This document shows positions 27,500 through 39,830 of a stretch of 64,000 nt of DNA, one piece after another; position 1 is the stretch's first letter, and each line of letters begins with the position of its first letter. The translations under genes and the position numbers were made by a program. The notes beneath the pieces are model-generated. The model was given only the letters and a program-made list of their open reading frames with translations, did no database searches and was not told the DNA's origin. The DNA lies in NCBI RefSeq assembly GCF_963921235.1, contig NC_086097.1, forward strand, positions 49,912,001 through 49,976,000. Direction: 5' to 3'. Source of the stretch: Mobula hypostoma (taxonomy: Eukaryota).

Positions 27500-29010
27500 T
27501 AATAATAAGAATAGGTACTTTGTTGATCTTGAGTGGGAAATTACTTTGTTATGGCAGCAGCATTTAAAAACACACTTAGCAATAATAAATATAATAGTTA
27601 ACTAATAATAAAGTACAGAATAATATACAGAAAAATAATTTACCAAGGTGCAATAATGTACAAAAATAATAAAACAGAGACCATTGTACTATGATGTGTG
27701 TTTTCCTGTTGCACAGAGATGAACTATTGTATATGCTTATTGCATTCGGTACGGAAGATTTTCTGTACTGATCCTTGTGACAGCAGAGCTGAATGAGTCT
27801 CTTTGAAAGGATGCTCACCTCTTATTCAGTAGGTCATGGAGAGGATGGGTCTGATTGTCCATAACGGATAACAGTCTGTTTAGTGCCCTCCTCTCTCCGG
27901 GTTGTAGCTGGGATGGATCCAGCCTTTTTGATGAGTTTATTTAGTCTTTTTCCATCACCAGCACCAATGCTGCTCACCTAACATAAAACCACAAAGAAGA
28001 CTACACTCGCTACAATAGACTGGTAAAAGATCTTCAACATCCTGCTGCACACATGGAAGAATCTCAGCTTCCTTAGAAAATAGAGTTTGCTCATCCCCTT
28101 CCTGTAAACAGCCCTGGTGTTGGTTTTTCAGTCAAGTCTGTTGTAGAGGTGAACACCCAATTATTTGTACTCCTCCACCACAGCAACATCTTCTCCCAGA
28201 ATGTATCCAGGACTTGTCACAGTCCTCTTCCTCCTAAAATCAATCACCATCTCCCTGGTTTTGGCCACATTCATGAGCAAGTGATTCCTCCTGCACCACT
28301 CCACAAACATGCCCTCCAGTCCTCTGTACTCCGACTCCTGCCCATCCCTGATACACCTGACCATCGCAGAGTCATCAGAGAACTTCTGCAAGTGACAAGA
28401 CTCAGATTTGTACTGAAAGACTGAGGTGTTCAGTGTGAACAGAAACGGAGACAGGACAGTCCCTTGTGGAGCTCCAGTGCCACTCACCACCATCTCAGAC
28501 AGAGAACCACCCAGCCGTACAAACTGGGGTCTATCTGTCAGGTAGTCAGTAATCCAGGAGATGGTGGAATTGTCTATACCCATCTTTTGTAGCTTCTCGC
28601 TCAGAAGAAGTGGCTGGATTGTTTTGAAGGCACTAGAGAAAGCAAAAAATATGATTCTCACAATGCTACCAACATCATCCAGCTGGGAGTGAGCCCTCTG
28701 CAAGGTAGATGATGGCATCATCCACTCCCACATGAAGTTAGTAGGCAAACTGTAGAGGGTCCAACGAAGATCCCACCTGCCGTTCAAAGTAAGTCAGGAC
28801 CAGCTTCTCCAGCACCTTCATCCCATGAGATGTGAGGGCAAATGGTCTGTAGTCATTAAGTTCAAATGGAGTCACCTTCTTGCATACAGGAACAAAGCAG
28901 GAAGTCTTCCATAGCACCAGTATCTTTTCCTGACTCAAACTCTGATTGTAAAGGTGTTGCAAAATACCAGACAGCTGGCTCACACAGGTCTTCAGTACCC
29001 TGGGGCTGAT
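27500..29010 (-). mobile_element. Rex1/Babar LINE RT fragment with 3' end
   Basis: ORFs with [51 protein letters not shown]. Confidence 0.9.
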
Positions 29011-30489
29011 ACCTTACACCTGTACTTGGTACAGAAGAACGGTCAAAAGTTGCAATGAATATCTTGAAGTGTCCTCGAGGCCTTTGATGGGGTCAAAGTC
29101 CTGCCTCTACCTCAGGCAAGTTATTAGTGTATCTTAAGAGACATTTAAAACAAGAAAAGTAAATAATTAACAACATCTTAAAACGTGACTCTAATTATAA
29201 ACTAAAATCATTTAAAATGCACTTTATCCTCTTATTTAAGAAATCAATGGGGCTTCTGATCTTGAAGAGCTGAGGGGACTCAATAAGATTCCCCTGGGAA
29301 ACTTGACAAAATTGAACTCTAGTACTGGCATCCAGCAATGGAGTGCATTCAGAGATGAGATTCCATCTGTCATTCAACAAGTCTGGCACTTTTGCATTTG
29401 GCAGAGTTTAGGACTCTGCTGCCATTTAAACAGCTAATTGAAGCTGATTCTGTTTGAGACTGTTAGTATTTGTTAGCAAGGAACTTCCCATTGTATCACA
29501 CGCAGATAATTAAAATAACATTAAGCTGTTTTGGTTCTTGTTCTGAAATGATGATTGCCCTACCTCATCCCCTTAAGGTGCTAGGATCTAGATGTAACTG
29601 TGCCAAAAATAACTTCCAGAATTACCTTGGTACTTTCGTCAGACCAATCAATCATTCTTTCTTCTTGGAGTAATTTTATGTCTTTTATATTTATCTGTTG
29701 AGCACCATGATGTCTTCTCACAGGTGATCAGCCTACGTAAGTTTGTTGAATATTGGTTATAGTGATGAAGTATTAAGTGACTACAAGGAGCACGCGGACA
29801 CAAATCTACAAAAGAATTGGAGAGATAATTGGCAAGAGATAAATCCTAGAAAAAGACTAAAAGCAGAAATGTATGTTTACTTAACCCTTCGGTCTGTAAT
29901 AGAAATGAACTGCACTAAATTTCTATGTTAATTTAGCAAATGGTTTGTGGAAATCTCTTACTAGAGTTGGCATCATTATTATAGCATAAACAGGAATAAC
30001 TTGCCTTCTGACTAACCTTTAACCTTCATATTCCACCCCTGATTCTCCATTATGTTTCCAGTTAATTTCAAGATAAATGTTATTAGATATTATTTCTCAG
30101 GTTTAAATTTAATTCAAAATGGATATAGAGAGAAAAAACAAGTAAACCAATGTTTGATTACAAGTAACCAAGAGATGAATTTCATATTTATTAGAAAACT
30201 TTAATGAAACAAGAGTAAATCTCTTTACAGTTCCACCAGAATTTTTGATTAGAGTCCCTAGTAAGTGTAATGAGTCTCTCTCTTTTTAGAAATAATGGAT
30301 GGAAAGGGACCTGCTGACAGAAGAGAGATTCAGATTTTAATAATTCCAATGGGTGGAGTCATACGCATACAAAGGTGGAGATTAGTTGTTACTAATCAAT
30401 CATTACAGCTTCAAGCCATCCCTGGTTTACCTTCCCAAGGTGCATCAGCTAACAGCTCGGGAAGGCAAATTCTGTTGGAATATAGAAAT

Positions 30490-31040
30490 TGAAAGGAACT
30501 TAGGTGTGTTGATGTAGAAAGGGATCTTAGGGTGCAAGCCCAAAGCTTCCTGAAAATGGAGACATCAGCGGATAAAGTAGTGAAAACACTCAGTATGCTT
30601 GTCTTCATAGGCATCCTAGTAATAATCACCTGCACTCTCCCTCTTGCTACCCAACCTTGCTGTGGTGTGTCAGCCTTAACTGCATGCAATACACTACCCA
30701 TGGGCTAAGCAATCAGAGGGGAAAGTTTTAAAGAAGAACTCAGGTTGGTGAATATTAGGAATGAGCTGCCAGAGGAGGTGATAAAGGCAGATCCAATCTT
30801 TAAAGTAGTGATTTTATGGGGGAGATGCGTTTGAGAGCAGAGTTGATAGTGGAGGAAGGGAAGCCCCTTTCTTTAAAAAAGGAAAAAGGCTCCAATCTTT
30901 AAAGGACACTTGAATAGTATAGGAAAAGAGAAGAGGAACCTTGGCATATTACAGGAAAATAGAATTAGTGTATGTAAGTATAATGTTCAGCACGGATGAA
31001 GGGAGCTGAAAGGGTCTGTTTTGTGCAGTATGTTTCTATA
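30490..31040 (+). mobile_element. Fragmented old CR1 3' region
   Basis: ERDLRVQ.., NELPEEVI.A and CR1-type tail gggagctgaaagggtctgttttgtgcag. Confidence 0.55.
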
Positions 31041-31096
31041 ATTCCTGCAATAAATTTTGTAATCTTGACACAATTTCCGCTAGGTGTGACTGCGTA

Positions 31097-33810
31097 TAGA
31101 CCATAAGACAAAGGAGCAGAAGTAGGCCATTCGGCCCATCGAGTCTGCTCTGCCATTTTATCATGAGCTGATCCATTTTATCCTATTTAGTCCCACTGCC
31201 CCGCCTTCTCACCATAACCTTTGATGCCCTGGCTACTCAGATACCTATCAATCTCTGCCTTAAATACACCCAATGACTTGGCCTCCACTGCTGCCCGTGG
31301 CAACAAATTCCATAGATTCACCACCCTCTGACTAAAAAATTTTTTTCGTATTTCTGTTCTGAAAGGGTGCCCTTCAATCCTGAAGTCATGCCCTCTCGTA
31401 CTAGACTCCCCCATCATGGGAAACAACTTTGCCACATCCACTCTGTCCATGCCTTTTAACATTCGAAATGTTTCTATGAGGTCTCCCCTCATTCTTCTAA
31501 ACTCCAGGAATACAGTCCAAGAGTGGACAAACGTTCCTCATATGTTAACCCTCTCATTCCCAGAATCATTCTAGTGAATCTTCTCTGTATCCTCTCCAAC
31601 GTCAGCACATCCTTTCTTAAATAAGGAGACCAAAACTGCCCACAGTACTCCAAGTGAGGTCTCGCCAGCGCCTTATAGAGCCTCAACATCACATCCCTGC
31701 TCCTATACTCTATTCCTCTAGAAATGAATGCCAACATTGCATTCGCCTTCTTCACTACCGACTCAACCTGGAGGTTAACTTTAAGGGAATCCTGTACGAG
31801 GACTCCCAAGTCCCATTGCATCTCAGAACTTTGAATTCTTTCCCCATTTAAATAATAGTCTGCCCGTTTATTTTTTCTGCCAAAGTGCATAACCATACAC
31901 TTTCCAACATTGTACTTCATTTGCCACTTCTCTGCCCATTCTTCCAATCTATCCAAGTTTCTCTGCAGACTCTCCGTTTCCTCAGCACTACCGGCCCCTC
32001 CAGCTATCTTCGTATCGTCAGCAAACTTAGCCACAAAGCCATCTATTCCATAATCCAAATCGTTGATGTACAATGTAAAAAGAAGCGGCCCCAACACTGA
32101 TCCCTGTGGAACACCACTGGTAACCGGCAGCCAACCAGAATAGGATCCCTTTATTCCCACTCTCTGTTTCCTGCCAATCAGCCAACGCTCTATCCATGTA
32201 TGTAACTTTCCTGTAATTCCATGGGCTCATATCTTGTTAAGCAGCCTCATGTGTGGCACCTTGTCAAACGCCTTCTGAAAATCCAAATATACAACATCCA
32301 CTGCATCTCCCTTGTCTAGCCTACTGGTAATTTCCTCAAAAAATTGTAATAGGTTTGTCAGGCAGGATTTTCCTTTAAGGAATCCATGATGAGTTCTGCC
32401 TATCTTGTCATATGCCTCCAGGTACTCTGTATCCTCATCCTTGACAATCGACTCCAATAACTTCCCAACCACCGATATCAAGGTAACAGGTCTATAATTT
32501 CCTTTTTGCTTCCTTGCCCCCTTCTTAAATAGCGGGGTGACATTTGCAATCTTCCAGTCCTCCGGAACCATGCCAGAATCTATCGACTTTTGAAAGATCA
32601 TCGCTAATGCCTCCGCAATCTCCACAGCTACTTCCTTTAGAACACGAGGGTGCATTCCATCTGGTCCAGGAGATTTATTGACCTTTAGCCTATTCAGCTT
32701 CCTGAGTACTTTCTCTGTCGTAATTGTGACTGCGCACACTTCTCTTCTCTGCCACCCTTGAGTGTCCGGTATACTGCTGTCTTCCTCAATGAAGACTGAT
32801 GCAAAATACTTGTTCAGTTCCTCTGCCATCTCCTCATCTCCCAGAATTTCTCCAGTATCATTTTCTATCGGTCCTATATCTACTCTCACCTGTCTTTTAC
32901 TCTTTATATACTTGAAAAAGCTTTTAGTATCCTCTTGGATGTTATTTGCTAGTTTCCTTTCATAGTTAATCTTTTCTCTCTTAATGACCTTCTTAGTTTC
33001 CTTTTGTAAGGTTTTAAAGACTTCCTCTGTCTTCCCACTAATTTTTGCTTCCTTGTATGCTCTCTCCTTAGCTTTAACTTTGGCTTTGACTTCCCTTGTC
33101 AACCACGGTTGCATCCTTTTTCCACTCGAAAATTTCTTCTTTTTTGGAATATACCTGTCTTGCACATTCCTCATTTCTCGCATAAACTCCAGCCACTGCT
33201 GCTCTGCCGTCTTTCCTGCCAGTGTCTCTTCCCAGTCAACTTTGGCCAGTTCCTCTCTCATGCCACTGTAGTTTCCTTTACTCCACTGAAACACCGACAC
33301 ATCAGATTTCGGCTTCTCTTTTTCTAATTTCACAGTGAACTCAATCATGTTATGATCACTGCTTCCTAAGGGTTCCTTCACCTCAATCTCTCCAATCACC
33401 TCCAGTTCATTACACAATACCCAATCCAGTACAGCCGATCCCCTAGAGGGCTCAACAACAAGCTGTTCTAAAAAGCCATCTCGCGGACATTCTACAAATT
33501 CTCTCTCTTGAGATCCAGTGCCGACCTGATTTTTCCAATCTACTCGCATGTTAAAATCCCCCACAATTATCATAACACTGCCCTTCTGACAAGCCTTTTC
33601 TATTTCCAGTTGTAATTTGTAGTCCACATCCCTGCAGCTGTTTGGAGGCCTATAAATAACTGTCATCAGGGTCCTTTTACCCCTGCTATTCCTTAGCTCA
33701 CCCCATAAAGATTCTGCACCTTCCGATCCTATATCACCTCCTTCTAATGATTTAATATCATTTCTTACCAATAAAGCCACGCCTCCCCCTCTGCCTACCT
33801 TCCTATCCTT
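31097..33810 (-). mobile_element. Relatively young 5'-truncated CR1 LINE (APE endonuclease C-part plus RT)
   Basis: Long ORFs 32227-33780, 31489-32160 and 31187-31492 with IYRPP, GDFN, SDHN, YLDFQKAFDKV, GVPQGSVLGPLLF, KFADDTK; two frameshifts; intact 3' tail. Confidence 0.96.
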
Positions 33811-33966
33811 ATATATCCTTCCTTCCTATATATAAACACATATTGTAATGAAGTTTCCACACCAACTATCACCTTACTATATTTTGTACCTTCAAAACAT
33901 TAAACTAATTCAAAGGAAGTCCAAAATGTGATCAAACCTCAGGTTTACTTAAAGCGAGGCACGTGC

Positions 33967-35603
33967 AGCATCCCTGTTGCACCTGATGACCCTGTGATCT
34001 CTGTCTCAGAGGCCACTGTTAGGCTGTCTTTAAAGAGAGTGTACCCTTGCTAAGCAGAAGGTCCTGATGGAGTACCCGGTAAGGCTCTGAACACCTGCGC
34101 TAACCAACTAGCAGGAGTATTCAAGGACATTTTCAACCTCTCACTACTGTGGGCGGAAGTTCCCACTTGCTTCAAAAAGGTAACAATTATACCAGTGCCT
34201 AAGAAGAATAATGTGGGCTGCCTTAACGACTATCGCCCGGTAGCACTCACATCGACAGTGATGAAATGCCTTGAGAGGTTGGTCATGACTAGACTGAACT
34301 CCTGCCTCAGCAAGGACCTGGACCCATTGCAATTTGCCTATCGTTACAATAGGTCAATGGCAGACCAAATCTCAATGGCTCTTCACACGGCTTTAGACCA
34401 CCTGGACAACACAAACACCTACGTCAGGATGCTGTTCATCAACTATAGCTCAACATTTAATACCATCATTAACACAATCCTGATTGAGAAGTTGCAGAAC
34501 CTGGGCCTCTGTACCTCTCTCTGCAATTGGATTCTCGACTTCCTAACCAGAAGACCACAATCTGTGCGATTGGTGATAACATATCCTCTTCGCTGACTAT
34601 CAACAGTGGTGCGCCTCAGGGGTGTGTGCTTAGCTCACTGCTCTACTCTTTGTATACACACGACTGTATGGCTAGGCATAGCTGAAATGCCGTCTATAAA
34701 TTTGCTGATGATACAACCATTGTTGGTAGAATCTCAGGCGGTGACGAGAGGGCGTACAGGAGTGAGATGTGCCAACAAGTGGAATGGTGTCGCAGCAACA
34801 ACCTGGCACTCAACGTCAGTAAGACAAAAGAGCTGATTGTGGACTTCTGGAAGGGTAAGACGAAGGAACACGTACCAATCCTCATGGAGGGATCAGAAGT
34901 GGAGAGAGTGAGCAGCTTCAAGTTCCTGGGTGTCAAGATCTCTGAGGATCTAACCTCGTCCCAACATATCGATGTAGCTATAAAGAAGGCAAGACAGCGG
35001 CTATACTTTATTAGGAGTTTGAAACGATTTGGCATGTCAACAAATATACTCAAAAACTTTTATAGTTGTACCATGGAGAGCATTCTGACAGGCTGCATCA
35101 CTGTCTGGTATGGAGGGTCTACTGCACAGGACCGAAAGAAGCTGCAGAAGGTTGTAAATCTAGTCAGCTCCATCTTGGGAACTAGCCTGCAAAGTACCCA
35201 GGACATCTTCAGGGAGCGGTGTCTCAGAAAGGCAGTGCCCTTTATTAAGGGCCTCCAGCACCCAGGCATGCCCTTTTCTCGCTGTTACAATCAGGTAGGA
35301 GATACAGAAGGTTCTTCCCCTCTGCCAGCTAATTCCTGAATGGACATTGAATCTTTGGACACGACCTCACTTTTTAAAAAAATATACAGTATCTCTCTTT
35401 TTGCACATTTTTAAAAATCTATTCAATGCATGTAATTGTTTTACTTGTCTATTTATTATTATAATTATTGTTTTTATTTTATTTATCATTATTGTTATTA
35501 TTTTTCTCTGTTATTTTATGTATTACATTGAACTGCTGCTGCTAAGTTTATAAATTTCGCATCATATGCTGCTGATAATAAACTGGCATACGATTCTGAT
35601 TCT
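33967..35603 (+). mobile_element. Rex1/Babar LINE RT fragment nested in the LTR
   Basis: [58 protein letters not shown]; ends in a (GATTCT)n tail. Confidence 0.9.
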
Positions 35604-35726
35604 AATACATATCACATGGTAGCATGAGGACGCATGCAATTCACGTATTTAAACATATAACATGTAATTAATTATTCAAAGCAACAAGAATGTTTAATCA
35701 ACTATATACATACGAGATTACTCAAA

Positions 35727-35899
35727 CCCCCTCCTGTCGTCTCCTATCACTTCGGATCTCCCCCTCCCCCCTCACTTTCAAATCTCTTACTAGCTCTTCT
35801 TTCAGTTAGTCCTGACGAAGGGTCTCGACCCGAAACGTCGACTGTACCTCTTGCTAGAGATGCTGCCTGGCCTGCTGCGTTCACCAGCAACTTTGATGA
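35727..35899 (+). mobile_element. Penelope-type 3' end insert with 12 bp flanking duplication
   Basis: AGATTACTCAAA at 35715-35726 and 35900-35911; pyrimidine-rich segment, hammerhead-like core and family palindrome, collinear with the 3' end of the Penelope element at 61.7-61.9 kb. Confidence 0.8.
35808..35843 (+). ncRNA. Minimal type I hammerhead ribozyme motif (Penelope-associated)
   Basis: AGUC-CUGACGA-A-GGGUC(UC)GACCC-GAAA-C-GUC-GACU: stem I AGUC/GACU, intact core, stem II hairpin, palindromic ACGU in place of stem III. Confidence 0.7.
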
Positions 35900-36279
35900 A
35901 GATTACTCAAATATTACTGAAATACTAAATATACAACACTCCTCCCTGCTTAGCTATAAACTCCAATTCAATAGAGAATGCATTTCTCATAAAACACAGT
36001 ATTTTATATAGTACACCTAATATACAGTATACAGACATCCGCAGTATAGAGAATTTTAAATTGTCCCATTCAGGCCTGAAGCTTTAATCATTCTGAAGCC
36101 TTTCTTATTCTTGTGGGATAACATCTTTCCTGACCAGGGGAGTCACTCTGCCTGGCTGGTGAGAATTTTGGCTGTGAAATAATCTCAGGTTCTGGGGCCT
36201 CCTCCGTGGTGTTTGTAAGACTTGACTTAGAGATCACAGTAAATGATTCTGATAGTGGTAGCCACCTTTCTTCTCCTAA

Positions 36280-36802
36280 TTTGTGCATCTTGATCTTGGA
36301 AAAGTGCTTTTAGTTCACGGAAGTATTCTCTTAATCTCTCTGTTGCTCCTATTATCATCTGATCGCTCCTCCTGGTTTCCTCATCCACAGCGTTATGTGG
36401 CAAATCTTTTTTCATATCTCCGCTGACTCCTTTCTTTCTGGTTGTCCATTCATCCAGCTGGGCTTTGGACGTTGCATTTGCTTTTACAAACAGCTCTTTG
36501 TCTCCCACTTGAAGTTCATGCAATAACCTTAATGCATGTAGAGTAGATTCTGGTTCTCGCAAAAGCTAAATGCTTGCAACTTTCCTGAAGCTCCTTGAAC
36601 TCTCTTACAGCTTAAAACCAAGCCACATTTTGCAAGTAACTGTCTGATTAACATATCAAAAGCTTTCTCAGATGCATTGCTTACAAAAACTGTTGTAGTC
36701 AGACCACTGCTTTCATCACTTTCACACTTCCTCTGAGCAACATGGGTCCTTCCTTGGTCCCATATGCCTCCCGACCAGAGGCACAGAGGTTGTCACCAAC
36801 GC
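36280..36802 (-). pseudogene. RBM25: Processed RBM25 fragment (RRM region) inside the LTR element
   Basis: Translates as LVGRHMGPRKD / DESSGLTTTVFVSNASEKAFDMLIRQLLAKCGLVLSCKRVQGASGKLQAFSFCE / EPESTLHALRLLHELQVGDKELFVK...KAQLDEW...DEETRRSDQMI, matching RBM25 TTTVFVGNISEKASDMLIRQLLAKCGLVLSWKRVQGASGKLQAFGFCEYKEPESTLRALRLL; no introns; frameshifts. Confidence 0.92.
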
Positions 36803-36973
36803 CTGTTTGTCATCCTTTGGGCAACGGTTCATGGTGTTCGGCATGAGACTGTTGTGGCATCATCCAGTAACTTTCTTAATTTGCTTTCAGTTGGCTTTGT
36901 TGCAGAGAATGTGGCATGCAAACTGCGGATGGATCTCCAATCAAGTTGCAGATGTCTCAGCCAATCACGCACC

Positions 36974-37888
36974 CACTGTGAGCTCTCAGATTACCACAGT
37001 TTTCAGACTGCTGGATCACAAGACCAAGTCTGGTCTGAGAGTTGTAGTAGCTATCTCGGGGGGGAAATATTAGCCTTTTGTCAAGGCCGACAGCCATGTT
37101 CCAGTCACGAGCAGGCTGACAACAACCATGTCACTGAGGGTGGCTCTGTCTGTCCTTGCCGGACCAAGGGGATGGTGGTTCTTCCAGTCATATGGGGCTT
37201 AGAGTTGTTATTCAGCCTTTGCTTCTCCACAATGGATGCCAAACATCTGATGACCTGGTTTTGCCTCCATGTGTATCTTCTTTGAGTGAGGCTTATTTTG
37301 CAAGATGAGAGGATGTGCTTGAAGTTTGCTGTTCTTCCACAGAGTGGACAAGCTGGGTCTTCACCGAGCTTCAGTTTATTGGTTCAGATTTTTGGGCATT
37401 GGGAGAACATCATAAACAGCTCTTATAAGGAAGCTAATCTTTCTTCCTTCCTTTTCCCATAAGTCTTTCCAGCTGAATTTTCTTTTCTCAATGTTTTCTC
37501 ACCTTGTCCACTGTCCCCCTTTTGCCCGAGACACTACTCTAGCACTCCTCATCTGCTCCTCCTGTCGCCATACTTCCTCCCCCACCATAGCTTGCCTTTG
37601 CTTCTGTTTTGTCGCCTTTTGCCAAATGGGCCTATTTGAGCTTGTGCCAAGGCCTCATCTTCCACATTGCACTGGCCCACTATGCCTGCAAACCAGAGTT
37701 CTGCCTTTTCCTGATTTACTGACTCTGCTGGAAGTCACTTTCTACCTGGTTAAGGTCCTGGGTGCAGTATCCTGGACAACTCTGTCACAAGATTCCAAGA
37801 GAGTCATCTTAAACCTCACCTTGGCACATTTGAACTCTTCAGTCAGCCCTGTGACAGGCCACTCCAGAGTTCCTTTGCCACACAGGTA
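36974..37888 (-). mobile_element. Internal fragment of a HERO-type (restriction-like endonuclease) non-LTR retrotransposon
   Basis: Translates as LCGKGTLEWPVTGLTEEFKCAKVR, RKFSWKDL, ISFLIRAVYDVLP, EDPACPLC...KHILSSC...YTWRQNQV (zinc knuckle), TTLRPDLVL*S...ELTV (RLE PD..E motif); stops and frameshifts. Confidence 0.82.
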
Positions 37889-38776
37889 GATCCAATCATC
37901 TGTTGTGTAATCAAATGTGACAATTTTTCTGACTTAGCCAGCCATTTCTACTTTTTATGATTATTATCACATGTTACTCACTTTTTATGAACCTGCAAAT
38001 TCTTCTATTTTCTGACTTTTTAAAAACTTGATTGTGTCTTCCCTTCCAAAGAACATGTGCTGCTCTCCTTTTGTAAAACTTGACTGTCTCTGCATGTGCT
38101 GTGCTGCAATTTTTTTCACTCACCGTTCCTCAACACATTTTTTCAGTTCGGACGTTTTTGCTACACTTCAACAGGTCAATAGCCGTCTCGGGTTTGCTTC
38201 ATCCTTTCTATTTCTCCCTCCTCAAAACAACCAGGCTTCGCAATTCTTCTCATCTGCCTCTAAACTTGCCACAATCTCCTCCACCCCTGTGTGGACCTTT
38301 ACAGCCATTTATGGGGGGCCTACTGATTAAAACTTTCAGCCGCCTGCCAGGCTTATTAAATTGCTGAACAATGTTCTTTTAAATTGCAGCATTAAATTCA
38401 AAATTTAATGGCTCCTATTTGAGTGCTGTCCGGACTCAGCTGTGACTCGCCCTTATAATCAACCAGTAATACGCAAGGATATTCTACACTCATTTCCATC
38501 CTAATAAAGCTGAATTTTCTGAGTTCTCCTGAACTTAATCAATATAAGTTTCTGTGTCAATATTCAGAATGAAAATTGACTGTAGGCTTGCCATGCACTC
38601 AGCTTGAACTTTCAAGGAAGTCTAATGCACAAAACCACTCCACTCACTGCCTTCAAAATGGTGTTACTTTTGCTATTTAATGCTCTTGAATTTATTGAAG
38701 TTTGTATTTATTAATCCATGCACTAAACAGGAACAAAATTACATTCAGTTGTCCTCTTTCTCTGGCCCTCTGACTG

Positions 38777-39092
38777 GAAGGTAGAAGGAGTCAATTTTAG
38801 AAAACATAGCACATTAATTTTTCAACATAGTCCCCTCCTACATGTACACACTTAGTCCAGCGGTCATGGAGCATACAGATCCCTTCTTTGTAGAAATCGG
38901 CGTCTTGGACCTCCAGAAGTGGTCCACAGCAGCGGTAATTGATAAGTTTGTGGCCTAGGGTAGAAGGAAATGAGTTCTACAGCTCTCGTCACATGCACGT
39001 GCAGTTCAACTCTTTGAGTGATTATGCAGAAAGTTGGAAGTTAATAACTCATCTCCTTCTACCTTAGGCCACGAACCTATCAATCACCCCCC
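38777..39092. mobile_element. Mariner-type MITE, copy 1
   Basis: Repeated TIR-like unit tgataagttt/cgtggcctaaggtagaagga; similar to the reverse-orientation copy at 54.6-54.8 kb. Confidence 0.7.
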
Positions 39093-39329
39093 ATAGTACT
39101 ACCTCAATTCACTATCGTAGTGAGATGATCTGTATGGACAATATGCAAGGCAAGCTTTGCACTGTACCTCAGTAGATGTGACAATTTTAAACCAGTTTAC
39201 TAATTTCAATGTAATATCTCAGAATCTCCCCTGTAAGGTGGATAGTGTTTTCTCACTCTGTGTTCTTTCTGTAACTGCCCTTTTTTTTAACCCTTAATGA
39301 GACAGCTCTGCAAACTGGGCAATCCTGAT

Positions 39330-39830
39330 CTCCCCCAAATCCTGAGGACTTTCTACAGGGGTGCAATTGAGAGCATACTGACTGGCTGCATCACTGCCTG
39401 GTATGGGAACTGTACCTCCCTTAACCATAGGACTCTGCAGAGAATGGTGCGGACAGCCCAGCGCATCTGTAGTTGTGAACTTCCCATGATTCAGAATATT
39501 TACAAGGACATGTGTGTAAAAAGGGCCCGTAGGATCACTGGGGACTCAAGCCATCCTAAATGCAATCTATTCCAGCTGCTACCATCCAGGAATCGGTACC
39601 GCAGCATAAAAGCCAGGACCAACAGGCTCTGGGACAGCTTCTTCCACCAGGCCATCAGACTGATGAACTCATGCTGATTTGAGTGTACTCTATACTAAAT
39701 TGACTGTTCTATTTATTATAAATTATTATAAATGATTATGATTGCACATTGCACATTTAGATGGAGACGTAACATAAAGATTTTTACTCCTCATGTATGT
39801 GAAAGGTATAAGAAATGAAGTCATTTCAAT
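39330..39830 (+). mobile_element. Rex1/Babar LINE 3' end
   Basis: ILRTFYRGAIESILTGCITAWYGN...TNRLWDSFFHQAIRLMNS. Confidence 0.85.

Larger units (their letters stand above)
33875..38200 (-). mobile_element. Non-autonomous Gypsy-type LTR retroelement remnant with captured cargo; 3' LTR (~33875-35938) split by later insertions
   Basis: Minus strand: gag-like start MAG*VRKIVTFDYTTDDW (ATG at 37945), protease-end RDWLRHLQLDWRSI (~36845-36970), integrase-tail-like ..ERCYPTRIR (36088-36280), polypurine tract AGCAGGGAGGAG (35939-35950) abutting TGTTG LTR start; no 5' LTR or PBS seen; outer edges approximate. Confidence 0.75.

Noticed and set aside
32227..33780. 517 aa ORF as a host gene
   Set aside because: It is CR1 ORF2 (endonuclease/RT) with downstream frameshifts.
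36227..36562. 111 aa ORF as a functional RBM25 gene
   Set aside because: Partial, frameshifted relative to the upstream RRM half, and embedded in retroelement sequence; treated as a captured pseudogene fragment.
36764..37889. Plus-strand ORFs of 173 and 132 aa
   Set aside because: Antisense shadows of the HERO/Gypsy fragments with no recognisable motifs.
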